Shown here piece after piece: positions 9,395 through 19,998 of a stretch of DNA of 54,689 nucleotides. Both the position numbers and the translations under genes were made by a program. A model generated the notes under the pieces. That model saw only the letters and a program-made list of their open reading frames with translations. It had not been told where the DNA came from and did not search any database. Source of the stretch: Oscillospiraceae bacterium (GTDB taxonomy: Bacteria; Bacillota; Clostridia; Oscillospirales; Ruminococcaceae). The first letter of the stretch is position 1; the number at the start of each line of letters is the position of its first letter. The stretch is taken from assembly GCA_017440545.1 (NCBI GenBank), contig JAFSGZ010000009.1, forward strand, positions 1 through 54,689, written 5' to 3'.

Positions 9395-10117
9395 TCACTT
9401 TATTACGACTACTGTGATGTTGTCATTTCCGCCACGGCTAAGTGCAAGTGAAACAAGCTGTTGTGCCGCTGCCTGCTGTGAATTTTCCTTAACCGTATTA
9501 AGTATTTCAAAATCTTCAACGAGATTAGATAAACCATCTGTGCAGAGTACTATTGCATCGGACTTATTAAGACTGATTTTATTTATATCAGATTCAACGC
9601 TGTCCCTTACTCCTACAGCTCTTGTTATCATATTTTTTTCAGGATGATTTTTTGCTTCTTCTTTGGTTATCTTGTTTAGGTTTATAAGCTCCTGAACAAC
9701 CGAATGGTCCTCTGTGAGCTGGGTGATTTCATTATCTCTTATTAAATACGCCCTGCTATCGCCCACGTGAACAATAAAGGCTTCACCATTTACAAGAACA
9801 GCGGAAACAAGGGTTGTACCCATTCCCATAAGGTCGGGCTGATTTAGTGCGGTGTCATATATTTTTTTATTAGCGTCGACAACCGCCTCTGTCATTAGAT
9901 TTTCAATCTGCTTTGCTTTGAGCGAGTTTAAATTTATATTCATAGCCTGTGAATAAACATCGCGTGCTGTTGAGCTTGCATAGTAGCCACCGTTGGCGCC
10001 TCCCATACCGTCACAAACAACTGCCCATACCGCTTCATTTTGTTCAAGCGAGTATGCAAAGCTGTCCTGATTTGAATCTCTAACCCTGCCTATATCTGTT
10101 ATGCCGTAAGCCTTCAT
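9395..10117 (-). CDS. prpC: PP2C-family Ser/Thr phosphatase
   Basis: 240 aa. Has ..TDIGRVRDSNQD..VCDGMGG..GGNDNITVVV... Confidence 0.9.
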   Translation of the reverse strand: MKAYGITDIGRVRDSNQDSFAYSLEQNEAVWAVVCDGMGGANGGYYASSTARDVYSQAMNINLNSLKAKQIENLMTEAVVDANKKIYDTALNQPDLMGMGTTLVSAVLVNGEAFIVHVGDSRAYLIRDNEITQLTEDHSVVQELINLNKITKEEAKNHPEKNMITRAVGVRDSVESDINKISLNKSDAIVLCTDGLSNLVEDFEILNTVKENSQQAAAQQLVSLALSRGGNDNITVVVIK

Positions 10118-10206
10118 GTAAATCGCCTCCTTAACGGCTCATCATTTACCGATTAATAATAGCATTTTTTATGTCATTTGTCAAATATATAGCGCAATAT
10201 TAATAA

Positions 10207-11235
10207 TTACTCATTTACGCTTTCGCGTCTGAGCTGTCCGCAAGCTGCATTTATATCATCGCCGAGCTTTCGTCTTACCGTTGCCGAAATACCTTTTGAC
10301 TCAATATAGCTTCTAAACGCCTCTATACTTTGCTTTTCGCTTTTCTCATACTCCGAGTCCTTTATGCTGTTAACGGGAATTAAATTTACGTGGCAAAGCA
10401 TTCCCTTTAAAAGCGAGCAAAGCTTTTCGGCTTGCTCTTTAGAGTCGTTTACTCCTTTAATCAAGGTGTATTCAAATGAAATTCGTCTGCCGGTTGTTTT
10501 TGTGTAGCTTCGGCAGGCATCCATAAGGGCGCTTATGGGATATTTTTTATTTATCGGCATCATACTGCTTCTAAGTTCATCTGTGGGAGCGTGAAGCGAA
10601 ACCGAAAGGGTTAGCTTAAAATCAAGCTCTGAAAGCTCAAAAATTTTGGGCACTATTCCGCAGGTTGAAAGAGAAATGTTTCTGCCACTTATATTAAGTC
10701 CGTCGGAGTCCGACACCATATTTAAAAATCTTACAACATTTTCAAAGTTATCAAGCGGCTCGCCCATTCCCATTAAAACAACGTGTGAAATTCTCTCGCC
10801 GCAGTCGTTTTGGGCTTTATATATCTGTCCTAAAATTTCACCGGCAGTTAAATCGCGTGCCTTGCCGAGCTTTGTTGAAGCGCAAAATTTGCACCCCATA
10901 TTACATCCTGCCTGCGTTGACACGCATATACTTATTCCGTATTTATAGCGCATAAGCACGCTTTCGACACGGTTGCCATCAAAAAATTCAAACAGATATT
11001 TTACTGTGCCGTCTATCTTAGAAACAAGCTTTTTTATAATTTTAGGCTGTGATATGTAATAACTCTCACCAAGCTTATTTCTTAAATCCTTATTTATATT
11101 TGTCATTTCATCAAAGCTCTCTACTAAGCTTTTGTGAATCCACGAATAAATTTGCTTAGCGCGAAACTTTTTTTCGCCCATATCTAAAAGGGTAGCTTCA
11201 AGCTCTGAAAGAGAAAGTGAACTAATATCTGTCAT
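10207..11235 (-). CDS. rlmN: 23S rRNA/tRNA (adenine-C2)-methyltransferase, radical SAM
   Basis: CNMGCKFC radical-SAM motif plus GMGEPL. The start is taken at MTDISS.. (11235); the track's upstream extension overlaps rsmB. Confidence 0.9.
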   Translation of the reverse strand: MTDISSLSLSELEATLLDMGEKKFRAKQIYSWIHKSLVESFDEMTNINKDLRNKLGESYYISQPKIIKKLVSKIDGTVKYLFEFFDGNRVESVLMRYKYGISICVSTQAGCNMGCKFCASTKLGKARDLTAGEILGQIYKAQNDCGERISHVVLMGMGEPLDNFENVVRFLNMVSDSDGLNISGRNISLSTCGIVPKIFELSELDFKLTLSVSLHAPTDELRSSMMPINKKYPISALMDACRSYTKTTGRRISFEYTLIKGVNDSKEQAEKLCSLLKGMLCHVNLIPVNSIKDSEYEKSEKQSIEAFRSYIESKGISATVRRKLGDDINAACGQLRRESVNE

Positions 11236-11237
11236 TT

Positions 11238-12542
11238 TTAATTTTCCTTTTTCTTTGTTAATGCGCAGACAAAAAATCCGTCGCAATTATCTTTATTTGG
11301 AAGCAGAGTTTTAGAAAACTCGCCGCCGAATGTCTTTACGCCGTATTTTGAAAAATCGCGATTTTCTTCTAAAAACTTATTTACAACCTCTTCATTTTCG
11401 CATTTATTTAGAGTGCAGGTTGAATAAACTAAAATTCCACCCTCTTTAAGATATTTTGACGAAGTTTTTAAAATTTCAAGCTGTTTTGAAAACAGTTCTT
11501 TTTTGTTTATATCTTTATATCTAATTTCGGGCTTTTTAAATATTACGCCAAGGCCCGAGCAAAGCACATCACACAGCACCCTGTCATAAAGAGGGCTACT
11601 CTCATCATGGACTTTGGCATCTCTTATTTTAACCTCTATGTTATTAAGGCCTAATCTTTCTATACCGCCTTTAATAAGGCTTACTCTGTTTTGGCTTAAG
11701 TCACAGGATACAACCTTACCATTTTTTAAAACCTCTGCAGCAGTAAAGCTTTTTCCTCCTGGAGCGGCGCAGACATCAAGCAGACTTTCATTTCCCTTTA
11801 AATCGAGCGCAGATACACAAATCTGAGAGGATAGGTCCTGCAGGTGATAAAGTCCGTCCTTAAAACTTTTAAGATTTACAGCATCAAAGTTTCCCTCTAT
11901 TTTTAAAGCGTCCGCAAAACCCTCTACAACTTGAACTTTAATTCCCTCATTTTTTAAGGTTTCGATTAGGCTTTTTGCATCTGTTTTATTGGTGTTTACT
12001 CTTAAATACTGTCCGCTTAAATTTTCAAAGCCTTTTAAAATTTCTTCTGTTTCATCTTTATACTGTTCTTTTAAAAGCTTTACTATACTATCACTTACAT
12101 TATAGCGCACAGACAAATAGTTTTTATCGCTATTTTGAGGATACTCAACTTTTTTATCATCGCGTGCTTTTGCCCTTAAAATTGCATTTACAAAGCCCTT
12201 TGCCGAGCTTTTTTTAGCAAAAAGGCATAGATTTACGCTTTCGTTTATTGCCGCCCTATCAGGAACAGATGACATAAACAAAAGCTCATACATTCCCATT
12301 CGAAGCACGCACAGAACCTCTAAATCAAGCTCATTTATAGGCTTTTTAAGGTATTTTGAAATATTATAATCAAGTGTGTTTTTCTTTTCAAGCACACCGT
12401 AAAAAAGGCGTGCAGCATAGCTTTTTTGAGCGGCATTTAAGTTTGACTTATTTAAAAGCGATGACAAAACCAAATTAGAGTAGCCGTCTTCTTTAAACAT
12501 TTTTATTAAAGCCGCAAGGCAAAGCTCTCTTTCGTTTTTCAT
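11238..12542 (-). CDS. rsmB: 16S rRNA (cytosine967-C5)-methyltransferase
   Basis: 434 aa. NusB-like N-terminal domain plus a SAM methyltransferase (..DVCAAPGGK..). Confidence 0.9.
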   Translation of the reverse strand: MKNERELCLAALIKMFKEDGYSNLVLSSLLNKSNLNAAQKSYAARLFYGVLEKKNTLDYNISKYLKKPINELDLEVLCVLRMGMYELLFMSSVPDRAAINESVNLCLFAKKSSAKGFVNAILRAKARDDKKVEYPQNSDKNYLSVRYNVSDSIVKLLKEQYKDETEEILKGFENLSGQYLRVNTNKTDAKSLIETLKNEGIKVQVVEGFADALKIEGNFDAVNLKSFKDGLYHLQDLSSQICVSALDLKGNESLLDVCAAPGGKSFTAAEVLKNGKVVSCDLSQNRVSLIKGGIERLGLNNIEVKIRDAKVHDESSPLYDRVLCDVLCSGLGVIFKKPEIRYKDINKKELFSKQLEILKTSSKYLKEGGILVYSTCTLNKCENEEVVNKFLEENRDFSKYGVKTFGGEFSKTLLPNKDNCDGFFVCALTKKKEN

Positions 12543-13228
12543 CGTCTATTGTTTCTCCTTGAAATGAGAATAAAGCGAAGAAGGTTTGCTATGGTTGTTA
12601 AAAGCGCCGCAACATAGGTTAAAGCGGCAGCAGAAAGCACCTTTTTAACGCCTGTTATTTCGGCTTCATCAAAACCCATAGTGTTAAGTGTTGCAACTGC
12701 TCTTTTACTTGCATTAAACTCAAGCGGCAGTGTTACAAGCTGAAATGCGGCTATTGAGGAATAAAGAATAATTCCGAACCACACAAGGCTTGGGCTTGAA
12801 AGCACAATTCCCAAAATTATGATAATGGGCGCAAAGCTACTTCCTAAATTAGCAACAGGAATAATGGCATTTCTAATTTTTATTGGCACATATTTTTCGG
12901 CGTGCTGTACAGCGTGTCCCGCCTCGTGAGCTGCAACACCTATTGCGGCAACCGAGCCGCTGTCATACACCGACTCTGAAAGTCTTATTACATTATTTTT
13001 AGGGTCGAAATGGTCGCTCAAATGACCCGAGGTGCGCTCTATTCTAACATTAAAAAGTCCGTTGCTGTCAAGTATCTGCCTTGTAACTAAGGCGGCAGTT
13101 TTACCGTTTCTTGCTATTAAACTACTGTATGTGTTAAAGGCGGATTTAACCTTGGTCTGCGCAAAAAGTGCAAGTATAATTGTTGGCAAAACAAGAATTA
13201 TATACCAGTAATCCATAAAATACGGCAT
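12539..13228 (-). CDS. Membrane zinc metallopeptidase (YugP-like)
   Basis: 229 aa. HEAGHAVQH (HExxH) with flanking TM segments. Confidence 0.8.
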   Translation of the reverse strand: MPYFMDYWYIILVLPTIILALFAQTKVKSAFNTYSSLIARNGKTAALVTRQILDSNGLFNVRIERTSGHLSDHFDPKNNVIRLSESVYDSGSVAAIGVAAHEAGHAVQHAEKYVPIKIRNAIIPVANLGSSFAPIIIILGIVLSSPSLVWFGIILYSSIAAFQLVTLPLEFNASKRAVATLNTMGFDEAEITGVKKVLSAAALTYVAALLTTIANLLRFILISRRNNRR

Positions 13229-13240
13229 TACATTTTCTCC

Positions 13241-14158
13241 TTAATCAAAAAATTTTCCTAATTTAAGCTTATGGCCGCGGATATATTCCTCGCTTTTTTG
13301 CATTTTTGAGCCCTCAACCTGAATTTCAAGAAGCTCTACAGATTTATCGCGGCAACCGATTACAAGCCTATCCTCACATAAAAGCTCGCCTATGTTTCCT
13401 TTAAGCTCACACTCTTTTGCAAGGTAAACCTTAAATCTTTTGCCATCTACAAAGCCATAAGCCACCGGCCAAGGATTAAGGCCGCAGATAAGCGAGCAGA
13501 TTTCTTTAGCAGTTTTATTAAAATCAAGCACAGCCATTTCTTTATTTAGCATAGGGGCATAGCTTGCCTCATCTTCGTTTTGAGGAGTGCGAGGAGCAGT
13601 ACCCTTTTCTATTTCATCTAAAGTCTTTAAAAGAAGCTTTGCACCTAAGGGTGCAAGGCGCTCATACATATCCTTTGAGGTGTCAAGCGCATTTATTTTA
13701 ATTTTATCCTTAAAAATAATATCGCCTGTATCAAGCCCTTTATTCATATACATTGTTGTAACGCCTGCAAATTCGTCACCGTTTATAACCGACCACTGAA
13801 TAGGCGCCGCGCCACGATATTTAGGAAGAAGTGAGCCGTGAACATTTATGCAGCCGTATTTAGCTGTATTTAAAACAGTTTCGGGAAGAAGCATTCCATA
13901 GGCTACAACACAGATTACATCGGGGGATATTTCATTTAAAAGCTTTAATGTGTCCTCCCCCTTCATATTACTAGGCTGATAGACAGGAATAGAGCTTTCA
14001 AGCGCTCTAACCTTAACTGCAGAGGGAGTTATCACCCTATGTCTGCCGACAGGCTTATCGGGCTGTGTAAACACAGCTACAACCTCGTGTTTTGATTTAA
14101 TTAATGCATCAAGCGATTCCTTTGCAAAATCGGGTGTGCCCATAAAAACTAATTTCAT
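13241..14158 (-). CDS. fmt: Methionyl-tRNA formyltransferase
   Basis: 305 aa. Has ..FMGTPDFA..HGSLLPKYRGAAPIQ... Confidence 0.9.
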   Translation of the reverse strand: MKLVFMGTPDFAKESLDALIKSKHEVVAVFTQPDKPVGRHRVITPSAVKVRALESSIPVYQPSNMKGEDTLKLLNEISPDVICVVAYGMLLPETVLNTAKYGCINVHGSLLPKYRGAAPIQWSVINGDEFAGVTTMYMNKGLDTGDIIFKDKIKINALDTSKDMYERLAPLGAKLLLKTLDEIEKGTAPRTPQNEDEASYAPMLNKEMAVLDFNKTAKEICSLICGLNPWPVAYGFVDGKRFKVYLAKECELKGNIGELLCEDRLVIGCRDKSVELLEIQVEGSKMQKSEEYIRGHKLKLGKFFD

Positions 14159-14167
14159 TATTTTCTC

Positions 14168-14623
14168 CTAATTTCTGTAAAGTCCTTTTGCAAGGTCAAC
14201 AAACACCTTACCTGAAAGGTGGTCGGTTTCGTGGCAAAAAGCTCTTGCCAAAAGCTCGCTCCCTGAAATCTCGAAAAACTTACCATATCTATCCTGTGCC
14301 CTTACAGTGACGTGCATAGGTCTTTTAACCTCGCCATACTGTCCCGGAAAGGAAAGACATCCCTCATTTCCATTTTGCTCGCCCTCGGCTTTTATAATTT
14401 CGGGATTTATAAGCTCAATAAGGCCGTTTTTGTCCTCTATATCTATGACAACAACCTTTCTTAAAACACCAACCTGAATTGCGGCAAGTCCTACTCCGTT
14501 TGCACTGTACATAGTTTCTGCCATATCGTCAAGTAAAAGCCAAAGTCTTTCATCGAAATTTTCGACATCTCGGCATTTTTTTCTTAAAAATTCCTCGTCT
14601 GTTACTATGTTTCTAATTGCCAT
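14168..14623 (-). CDS. def: Peptide deformylase
   Basis: 151 aa. Motifs GVGLAAIQ, EGCLS and HETDH. Confidence 0.9.
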   Translation of the reverse strand: MAIRNIVTDEEFLRKKCRDVENFDERLWLLLDDMAETMYSANGVGLAAIQVGVLRKVVVIDIEDKNGLIELINPEIIKAEGEQNGNEGCLSFPGQYGEVKRPMHVTVRAQDRYGKFFEISGSELLARAFCHETDHLSGKVFVDLAKGLYRN

Positions 14624-14635
14624 TTTATTTTCTCC

Positions 14636-17101
14636 TTACATACTGCCTATATAATTCATATCGGCAAAGGCAGCCACATTTTTGTTTTTGGGGTCCTTTA
14701 AAAATTCTTTTAAAAGCTCGCTTAAAAAGCTTCTGAACTTTTTGTCGTTTTTACATTTTATTATGAGTCTATAACGATATTTTCCGCTCACCTTTACGAC
14801 ATTCATAGGCGAAGGACCCAAAACTCTGATAGGTATATTTATATTTTCACTTTGCATTTTATTTTTTATCATTTCAACAAACTGCTTCGATCCGCTGTCC
14901 ACCTTGCTTCTTTCAAGGCCTGAAAATACCACAACGCAAATATCACAAAAAGGCGGATAAAGCATTGCCTTACGAGTTTCAATTTCATTTTCAAAAAAGC
15001 CTTTATAATCCTGCTGTGCCGCAAGAGAAATAACCTCGTGCTGCGGCGTTAGCGACTGAATTATAGCTCTTCCCTTTTTATCTCCTCTGCCGCTTCTGCC
15101 TACAACCTGAGTTATAAGTGAGAAGGCGCGCTCGTAGCTTCGAAAATCGTTTGCATAAAGCGTTTGGTCGGCATTTAAAACTCCAACTAATGTAACTTTT
15201 GGGAAATTAAGTCCCTTTGCTACCATTTGGGTTCCGACTAATATATCATAATCTCCCTTTTCAAAGGCTTCAAACTGCTTTTTATGTGATAACTTGCCGC
15301 CCGTCGTGTCCAAATCCATTCGCATAACCTTTGCATTTGGAAACAACATTTCGATTTCATCCTCAACCCTTTGTGTACCTTGTCCCTTATAAAAAAGGCG
15401 TTTACTTTTGCAGGATGGGCACTCATCAATTAAGGGGGTGCTGTAGCCGCAATAGTGGCACATAAGTCTGTCATTTGCCTTATGATAGGTTAAAGCTATT
15501 GAACAATGAGGGCAGGTTACAACGCTTTTACAATCGGCGCAGGCAGCTACTGTGTGATAGCCTCGACGGTTATATAAAAGTATGCTCTGCTCGCCGTTTT
15601 CAAGGTTTTTGTTTATTTCATCTAAAAGGGTTTTGCTAAAGGCTGTATCACGAAGCTCAAGCGGGCGCTCACTTGTGTCAACAACCGTAACCTCGGGAAG
15701 CTCTGCCTTTCCAAAGCGTTTATCTATAGAGAAAAGCTTATATCTTCCGCTTACCCCGTAATAATAGCTTTCAACCGACGGCGTTGCCGAAGCAAGCAGC
15801 AAAAGTGCATTGTGATTTACACATCTAAACTTAGCTATATCTCTCGCATTATACCTCGGGGCAGACTCGGATTTATAAGCCGATTCCTGCTCCTCGTCAA
15901 TTACAATTATCCCTATATTATCAAGCGGTGCAAAAACTGCCGAGCGTGTGCCGACAACAACCTTTACATCGCCGTTTTTTATTCGCTTATACTGGTCGTA
16001 TCTCTCGCCTATCGAAAGTCCGCTGTGCATAACGGCAACATCGCTGCCGAAATAGTGATGAAACTTCTTAACTGTTTGTGGTGTAAGCGAAATTTCGGGC
16101 ACCATTACAATGGCCGATTTATTTTTCTTTACACAGTCGCCAATAAGCTTTAAAAACACCTGTGTTTTGCCGCTTCCGGTTACACCATACAAGAGGGCGG
16201 CATCTGCTTTTTCTAAATCTATTAGCTCCTTTAAGCCGCTATAAGCGATTTTTTGCTCCTTTGAAAGCTCTATGCTGTCGGTGTCCTCTTTTTTAGTTAG
16301 GTTTATATCGTCAACACGTAGTACTTCCTCATCATAAAGTTCAATAACGCCTTTTTTCTCAAGCGAAGACACAACGCTCATAGTAACGCCGGTAAAATAC
16401 AAAATATCGCGCACAGCCGCCTCGCAGACATCTTCTAAAAGCGAAAGCACCGAATTTTGCTTTTCGGTTAATTTAACACCACGTTTATCAAACTCCAAAA
16501 GACGCGCGGTTTTAACAGTTTTATCGCCGATTTTTGAAAAGGCGGCGGCACTTTTTTTAATTATACCGCTGTCAATTAAGCCTTGTATGGCTTTATCATT
16601 AACATATCCAAAGCGTTCAAAAAGTTTTTTTCTTTCAGCAGGCTTTATACTTGCAAATATGTGTTTAACTAATCTTTGTTCCTCGTCACCGAGGGCATCA
16701 AATTCCTCGTCATTAAGCTCTCGCCCCTTTTCATAGGTTTCAGAGATTTTTAAATTCATTCCTGTTGGAATTTGAGCCTTTACCGCTTCGTAGAGGGTGC
16801 AAAATGTAGTTTTTGCAATATATTTTGAAAGCTCTAATCCCTCGCTGTTTAAAATAGGGGCTTCGTCTAAAACAGCGGTTACATTTTTAAGCTTTTTCTC
16901 CTCTGCCTCGTCTCTTGTACCGTTTCTGACCTCAAAAATCATCGCAACCTTTTTCATATTAGACCTGCCAAACGGCACCAAAACTCGTTTGCCGGGTTCT
17001 AATTTACAGGTTATATCCGAAACAGACATATAATCAAAAAAAGTGTCAAACGAAAAGGCGGTGTTTTCAACCGCAACCTTAACAATTTTAAGCTCAGTCA
17101 A
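14636..17101 (-). CDS. priA: Primosomal protein N' (replication restart helicase)
   Basis: 821 aa. Walker A GVTGSGKT, DEEQ box and Cys-rich zinc-binding insert. TTG start preceded by GGAGG. Confidence 0.9.
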   Translation of the reverse strand: MTELKIVKVAVENTAFSFDTFFDYMSVSDITCKLEPGKRVLVPFGRSNMKKVAMIFEVRNGTRDEAEEKKLKNVTAVLDEAPILNSEGLELSKYIAKTTFCTLYEAVKAQIPTGMNLKISETYEKGRELNDEEFDALGDEEQRLVKHIFASIKPAERKKLFERFGYVNDKAIQGLIDSGIIKKSAAAFSKIGDKTVKTARLLEFDKRGVKLTEKQNSVLSLLEDVCEAAVRDILYFTGVTMSVVSSLEKKGVIELYDEEVLRVDDINLTKKEDTDSIELSKEQKIAYSGLKELIDLEKADAALLYGVTGSGKTQVFLKLIGDCVKKNKSAIVMVPEISLTPQTVKKFHHYFGSDVAVMHSGLSIGERYDQYKRIKNGDVKVVVGTRSAVFAPLDNIGIIVIDEEQESAYKSESAPRYNARDIAKFRCVNHNALLLLASATPSVESYYYGVSGRYKLFSIDKRFGKAELPEVTVVDTSERPLELRDTAFSKTLLDEINKNLENGEQSILLYNRRGYHTVAACADCKSVVTCPHCSIALTYHKANDRLMCHYCGYSTPLIDECPSCKSKRLFYKGQGTQRVEDEIEMLFPNAKVMRMDLDTTGGKLSHKKQFEAFEKGDYDILVGTQMVAKGLNFPKVTLVGVLNADQTLYANDFRSYERAFSLITQVVGRSGRGDKKGRAIIQSLTPQHEVISLAAQQDYKGFFENEIETRKAMLYPPFCDICVVVFSGLERSKVDSGSKQFVEMIKNKMQSENINIPIRVLGPSPMNVVKVSGKYRYRLIIKCKNDKKFRSFLSELLKEFLKDPKNKNVAAFADMNYIGSM

Positions 17102-17138
17102 AACTCCCGCCTCCTTTAAATTTTAATTTAAGGTAAAA

Positions 17139-17348
17139 TTACATACCCTTACTTTCTTCTGTTTCAACAAACTCATATTCGCCGTTTGCAAACTGATTTA
17201 CTGCAGTGTTTACAGGCTTTTCGCTGAGCATTTCACCGTTTTGCTCGGCATCCTCTGAAATGTTTCTTGCACGCTTTGCAACTGCCATTACAAATGAATA
17301 GTAGCTTTGTCCATCTTTTAAAATATCGTTCATTGAAGGTCTTAACAT
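17139..17348 (-). CDS. rpoZ: DNA-directed RNA polymerase omega subunit
   Basis: 69 aa. Has ..SYYSFVMAVAKRARNI... Sits downstream of gmk. Confidence 0.85.
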   Translation of the reverse strand: MLRPSMNDILKDGQSYYSFVMAVAKRARNISEDAEQNGEMLSEKPVNTAVNQFANGEYEFVETEESKGM

Positions 17349-17368
17349 AATGATTTTCCTTTCAGCTT

Positions 17369-17920
17369 TTAGCTTTTTATTATTTTTATTAATTCATTAA
17401 CTGCATTTTCAATACTGTCGTTTACAACGCTAAAGTCGTAATGCTTTGCCATTTTCATTTCGCCCTTTGCAATTTCAAGGCGTTTTTTAATGGTTTCTTC
17501 GTCCTCGGTGTTTCTTTTGCGAAGTCTTCTTTCAACCTCGTCTTCCGACGGTGCGGTTAAGAAAACAGTTATTGCCTCGGGACATTTTTTCTTAATTTGT
17601 GTAGCGCCGTCAACCTCAATCTCTAAAATAACATTTTTGCCGTCATCTAAAAAGCTTTGCACGTGGCTTTTTATGGTGCCGTAATAATTATTATTATAGC
17701 GTGTATATTCGAGCATTTCGCCCTTTTCAATTTTGCTTTCAAATTCCTCTTTTGTTATAAAGAAATAGTGAACGCCGTCTATTTCGCCCTGTCGTGCAGC
17801 CCTTGTTGTTGCCGAAACAGAAACCACACAGCTTTTTTCCTTTTCTAACAGTTCTTTAACAACAGTTCCCTTACCTACACCCGAAGGTCCTGAAAGCACT
17901 AAAATTTTTCCCTTATTCAT
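17369..17920 (-). CDS. gmk: Guanylate kinase
   Basis: [10 protein letters not shown]-loop. Start taken at [14 protein letters not shown] (17920), which overlaps the remA stop. Confidence 0.9.
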   Translation of the reverse strand: MNKGKILVLSGPSGVGKGTVVKELLEKEKSCVVSVSATTRAARQGEIDGVHYFFITKEEFESKIEKGEMLEYTRYNNNYYGTIKSHVQSFLDDGKNVILEIEVDGATQIKKKCPEAITVFLTAPSEDEVERRLRKRNTEDEETIKKRLEIAKGEMKMAKHYDFSVVNDSIENAVNELIKIIKS

Positions 17921-18179
17921 CGATATCCTCATCACTGCCAAAATCTTTGTCGTTAAATCTGTTTGCAACCGTTTCAGGCTGTACTGCCGAAAGAATTACA
18001 TGGTCGCTATCCGTAATGATTACGGCTCGGGTTCTTCTGCCGTAGGTCGCGTCAATTAAAGTTGAACGGTCCCTCGCTTCCTGAATTATACGCTTAATAG
18101 GTGCGGACTCGGGGCTTACTATTGCAATAAGACGGTTTGCAGAAACCATATTGCCAAAGCCGATGTTAATAAGCTTCAT
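17913..18179 (-). CDS. remA: RemA/DUF370-family regulator
   Basis: 88 aa. [30 protein letters not shown].. matches the RemA family. Confidence 0.85.
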   Translation of the reverse strand: MKLINIGFGNMVSANRLIAIVSPESAPIKRIIQEARDRSTLIDATYGRRTRAVIITDSDHVILSAVQPETVANRFNDKDFGSDEDIDE

Positions 18180-18198
18180 TTATGTTTCCTCCCAAGAG

Positions 18199-19077
18199 CT
18201 ATTCAATGTTTTGGATTTGTTCTCTGATTTTTTCTATTTCGGATTTTATATCAACTACAAGCCTTGCGCCCTCGGTGTCCTGACATTTTGAACCGATGGT
18301 GTTTGCCTCACGATTGAATTCCTGAATTAAAAAGTCGAGCTTTCTTCCAACAGGCTCATTTAGCTCTAAAATTTCGCGCATCTGAGAAATATGGCTTACA
18401 AGCCTTGTGGTTTCCTCGTCAACAGCGGTTTTATCGGCGAAAATTGCTGCCTCTGTTAAAATTCTGTTATCATCAAGCGAAAGCGACTCGACAACCTCTT
18501 TAATTTTACTATAAAGGCGCTGACGGTATTCCTCATTTCGCTCTGCCGAACGCTCGTTTACCTTTGAAACCATATCCTCAATTAATACAAGTCTTGAAAG
18601 AATATCTGCCTTAAGGCTTTCTCCCTCTTTAGTTCTCATATTAACAAATGCCTCAACGGCTTTTTCGGCAACGCTTTTTATATCAAGCCAAAGCGCTTCC
18701 TCATCCGTTTCCTCTTTTAAAACTGTGAAAACATCGGGAAAGCGTGAAACTGTTGAAAGCCTTAAATCATCCTGAAGCTCTAAAGGCTCGCAGAGTGTAC
18801 GAAGTGCTTCAACATAGCCTTTTGCGACAGCCTCATTTACCGAAATTTGAAAATCCGAGGTTTCGCGGTTTACAACCGAAACATAAGCCTCAATTTTACC
18901 TCTTGCAACCTTTGATTGAACAAAAGATTTAATTTTTTCGTCTAAAAAGCCGTATGCGCGTGGAATACGTGACGAAAATTCAAAAAAGCGGTGGTTAACC
19001 GATTTAAGCTCAACCGAAATTTCGCGTCCGTTTATAACCTCACTGCATTTGCCATAGCCGGTCATACTTTTTATCAT
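18199..19077 (-). CDS. yicC: YicC/YloC-family stress-induced protein
   Basis: 292 aa. Has MIKSMTGYG.. ..KSVNHRF.. and C-terminal ..EFNREANTIGSK... Confidence 0.85.
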   Translation of the reverse strand: MIKSMTGYGKCSEVINGREISVELKSVNHRFFEFSSRIPRAYGFLDEKIKSFVQSKVARGKIEAYVSVVNRETSDFQISVNEAVAKGYVEALRTLCEPLELQDDLRLSTVSRFPDVFTVLKEETDEEALWLDIKSVAEKAVEAFVNMRTKEGESLKADILSRLVLIEDMVSKVNERSAERNEEYRQRLYSKIKEVVESLSLDDNRILTEAAIFADKTAVDEETTRLVSHISQMREILELNEPVGRKLDFLIQEFNREANTIGSKCQDTEGARLVVDIKSEIEKIREQIQNIE

Positions 19078-19114
19078 AAAGATTTCCTCTTTTTATATAT
19101 TAGATTTACATTTA

Positions 19115-19144
19115 ATTTTACCATTTTTTATATCTTTTTGTCAA
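19115..19144 (-). promoter_or_regulatory. Candidate sigma-A promoter for the yicC-remA-gmk-rpoZ block
   Basis: On the minus strand: TTGACA, 18-nt spacer, TGgTAAAAT (extended -10). Confidence 0.4.
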
Positions 19145-19168
19145 CAAAATCAGCAATTTATTAGCTTT

Positions 19169-19945
19169 TTAATCCTCTAAAATTTCAAACGACTTGATAG
19201 CCACGGTTTTGCCGCTTTTTTCGTCTATTTCAAGATACAGAGCATCAAGCTTTGCTTTGCCCTCTGCATAATCAAAACGCACCGGTGTTGTGCTCTTTAA
19301 TTTCTTTATAGCTTTTTGAGGGTCAATTCCGAGCACCGAAAACGCGGGGCCTGTCATTCCGACATCTGTTATATATCCAAGTCCGTTAGGAAAAATTTGA
19401 GCATCTGCCGTTCTCACATGTGTGTGGGTGCCGATTAAAGCAGTAGCTCTACCGTCTAAATAATGTGCCATACAAAGCTTTTCTGAGGTTGCCTCAGCGT
19501 GAAAATCTATTATTTTTATTTTGCAGTTTATTTTCTCTAAAAGCTCATCTATTTCATAAAACGGATTTTTGTAATTATCCATATAGGTTGTACCCGCAAG
19601 GTTAATTACGCAAACCGAAACTTTTCCCATATCATAAATTATATACCCTCTGCCCGCCGCATCATTCTCAAGCACATTGTATGGGCGAAGTATACACTCA
19701 TTTTGTTCCATATAATCAGAAATTTCGCGGCGTTTAAAGCTGTGGTTACCGCCTGTTACTATATCAGCGCCGCTTTTGAAAATTTCATCTGCCGATGAGG
19801 GAAGTACTCCGTTTCCGCAGGCGGAATTTTCGCCGTTTACAATACACAAATCAATTTCTAAATTTTTCTTAAGCTCGGGAAGCTTTTTAAAAAGGATTTT
19901 TCTTCCCGAATCGGCGACAACATCGCCTACAAAAAGCACATTCAT
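19169..19945 (-). CDS. ymdB: YmdB-type metallophosphoesterase (2',3'-cyclic-nucleotide phosphodiesterase family)
   Basis: 258 aa. Has ..FVGDVV..NGEN..GNH..GTHTHV... Lies directly downstream of rny, as in Bacillus. Confidence 0.85.
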   Translation of the reverse strand: MNVLFVGDVVADSGRKILFKKLPELKKNLEIDLCIVNGENSACGNGVLPSSADEIFKSGADIVTGGNHSFKRREISDYMEQNECILRPYNVLENDAAGRGYIIYDMGKVSVCVINLAGTTYMDNYKNPFYEIDELLEKINCKIKIIDFHAEATSEKLCMAHYLDGRATALIGTHTHVRTADAQIFPNGLGYITDVGMTGPAFSVLGIDPQKAIKKLKSTTPVRFDYAEGKAKLDALYLEIDEKSGKTVAIKSFEILED

Positions 19946-19998
19946 ACCGTTTGCCTTTCTATTTTAAAAGCCGAAATTTTCTTTTTTATAAGACAAAT

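Noticed and set aside
10207-11286. Longer N-terminal extensions given by the ORF track (rlmN 11286, gmk 17968, darA 31665, spoIIR 37590, folD 43465, second M16 40713, prkC 9378, isomerase 28995)
   Set aside because: The extensions overlap upstream genes or lack an SD. Internal ATG or TTG starts have good SDs and give canonical family N-termini.
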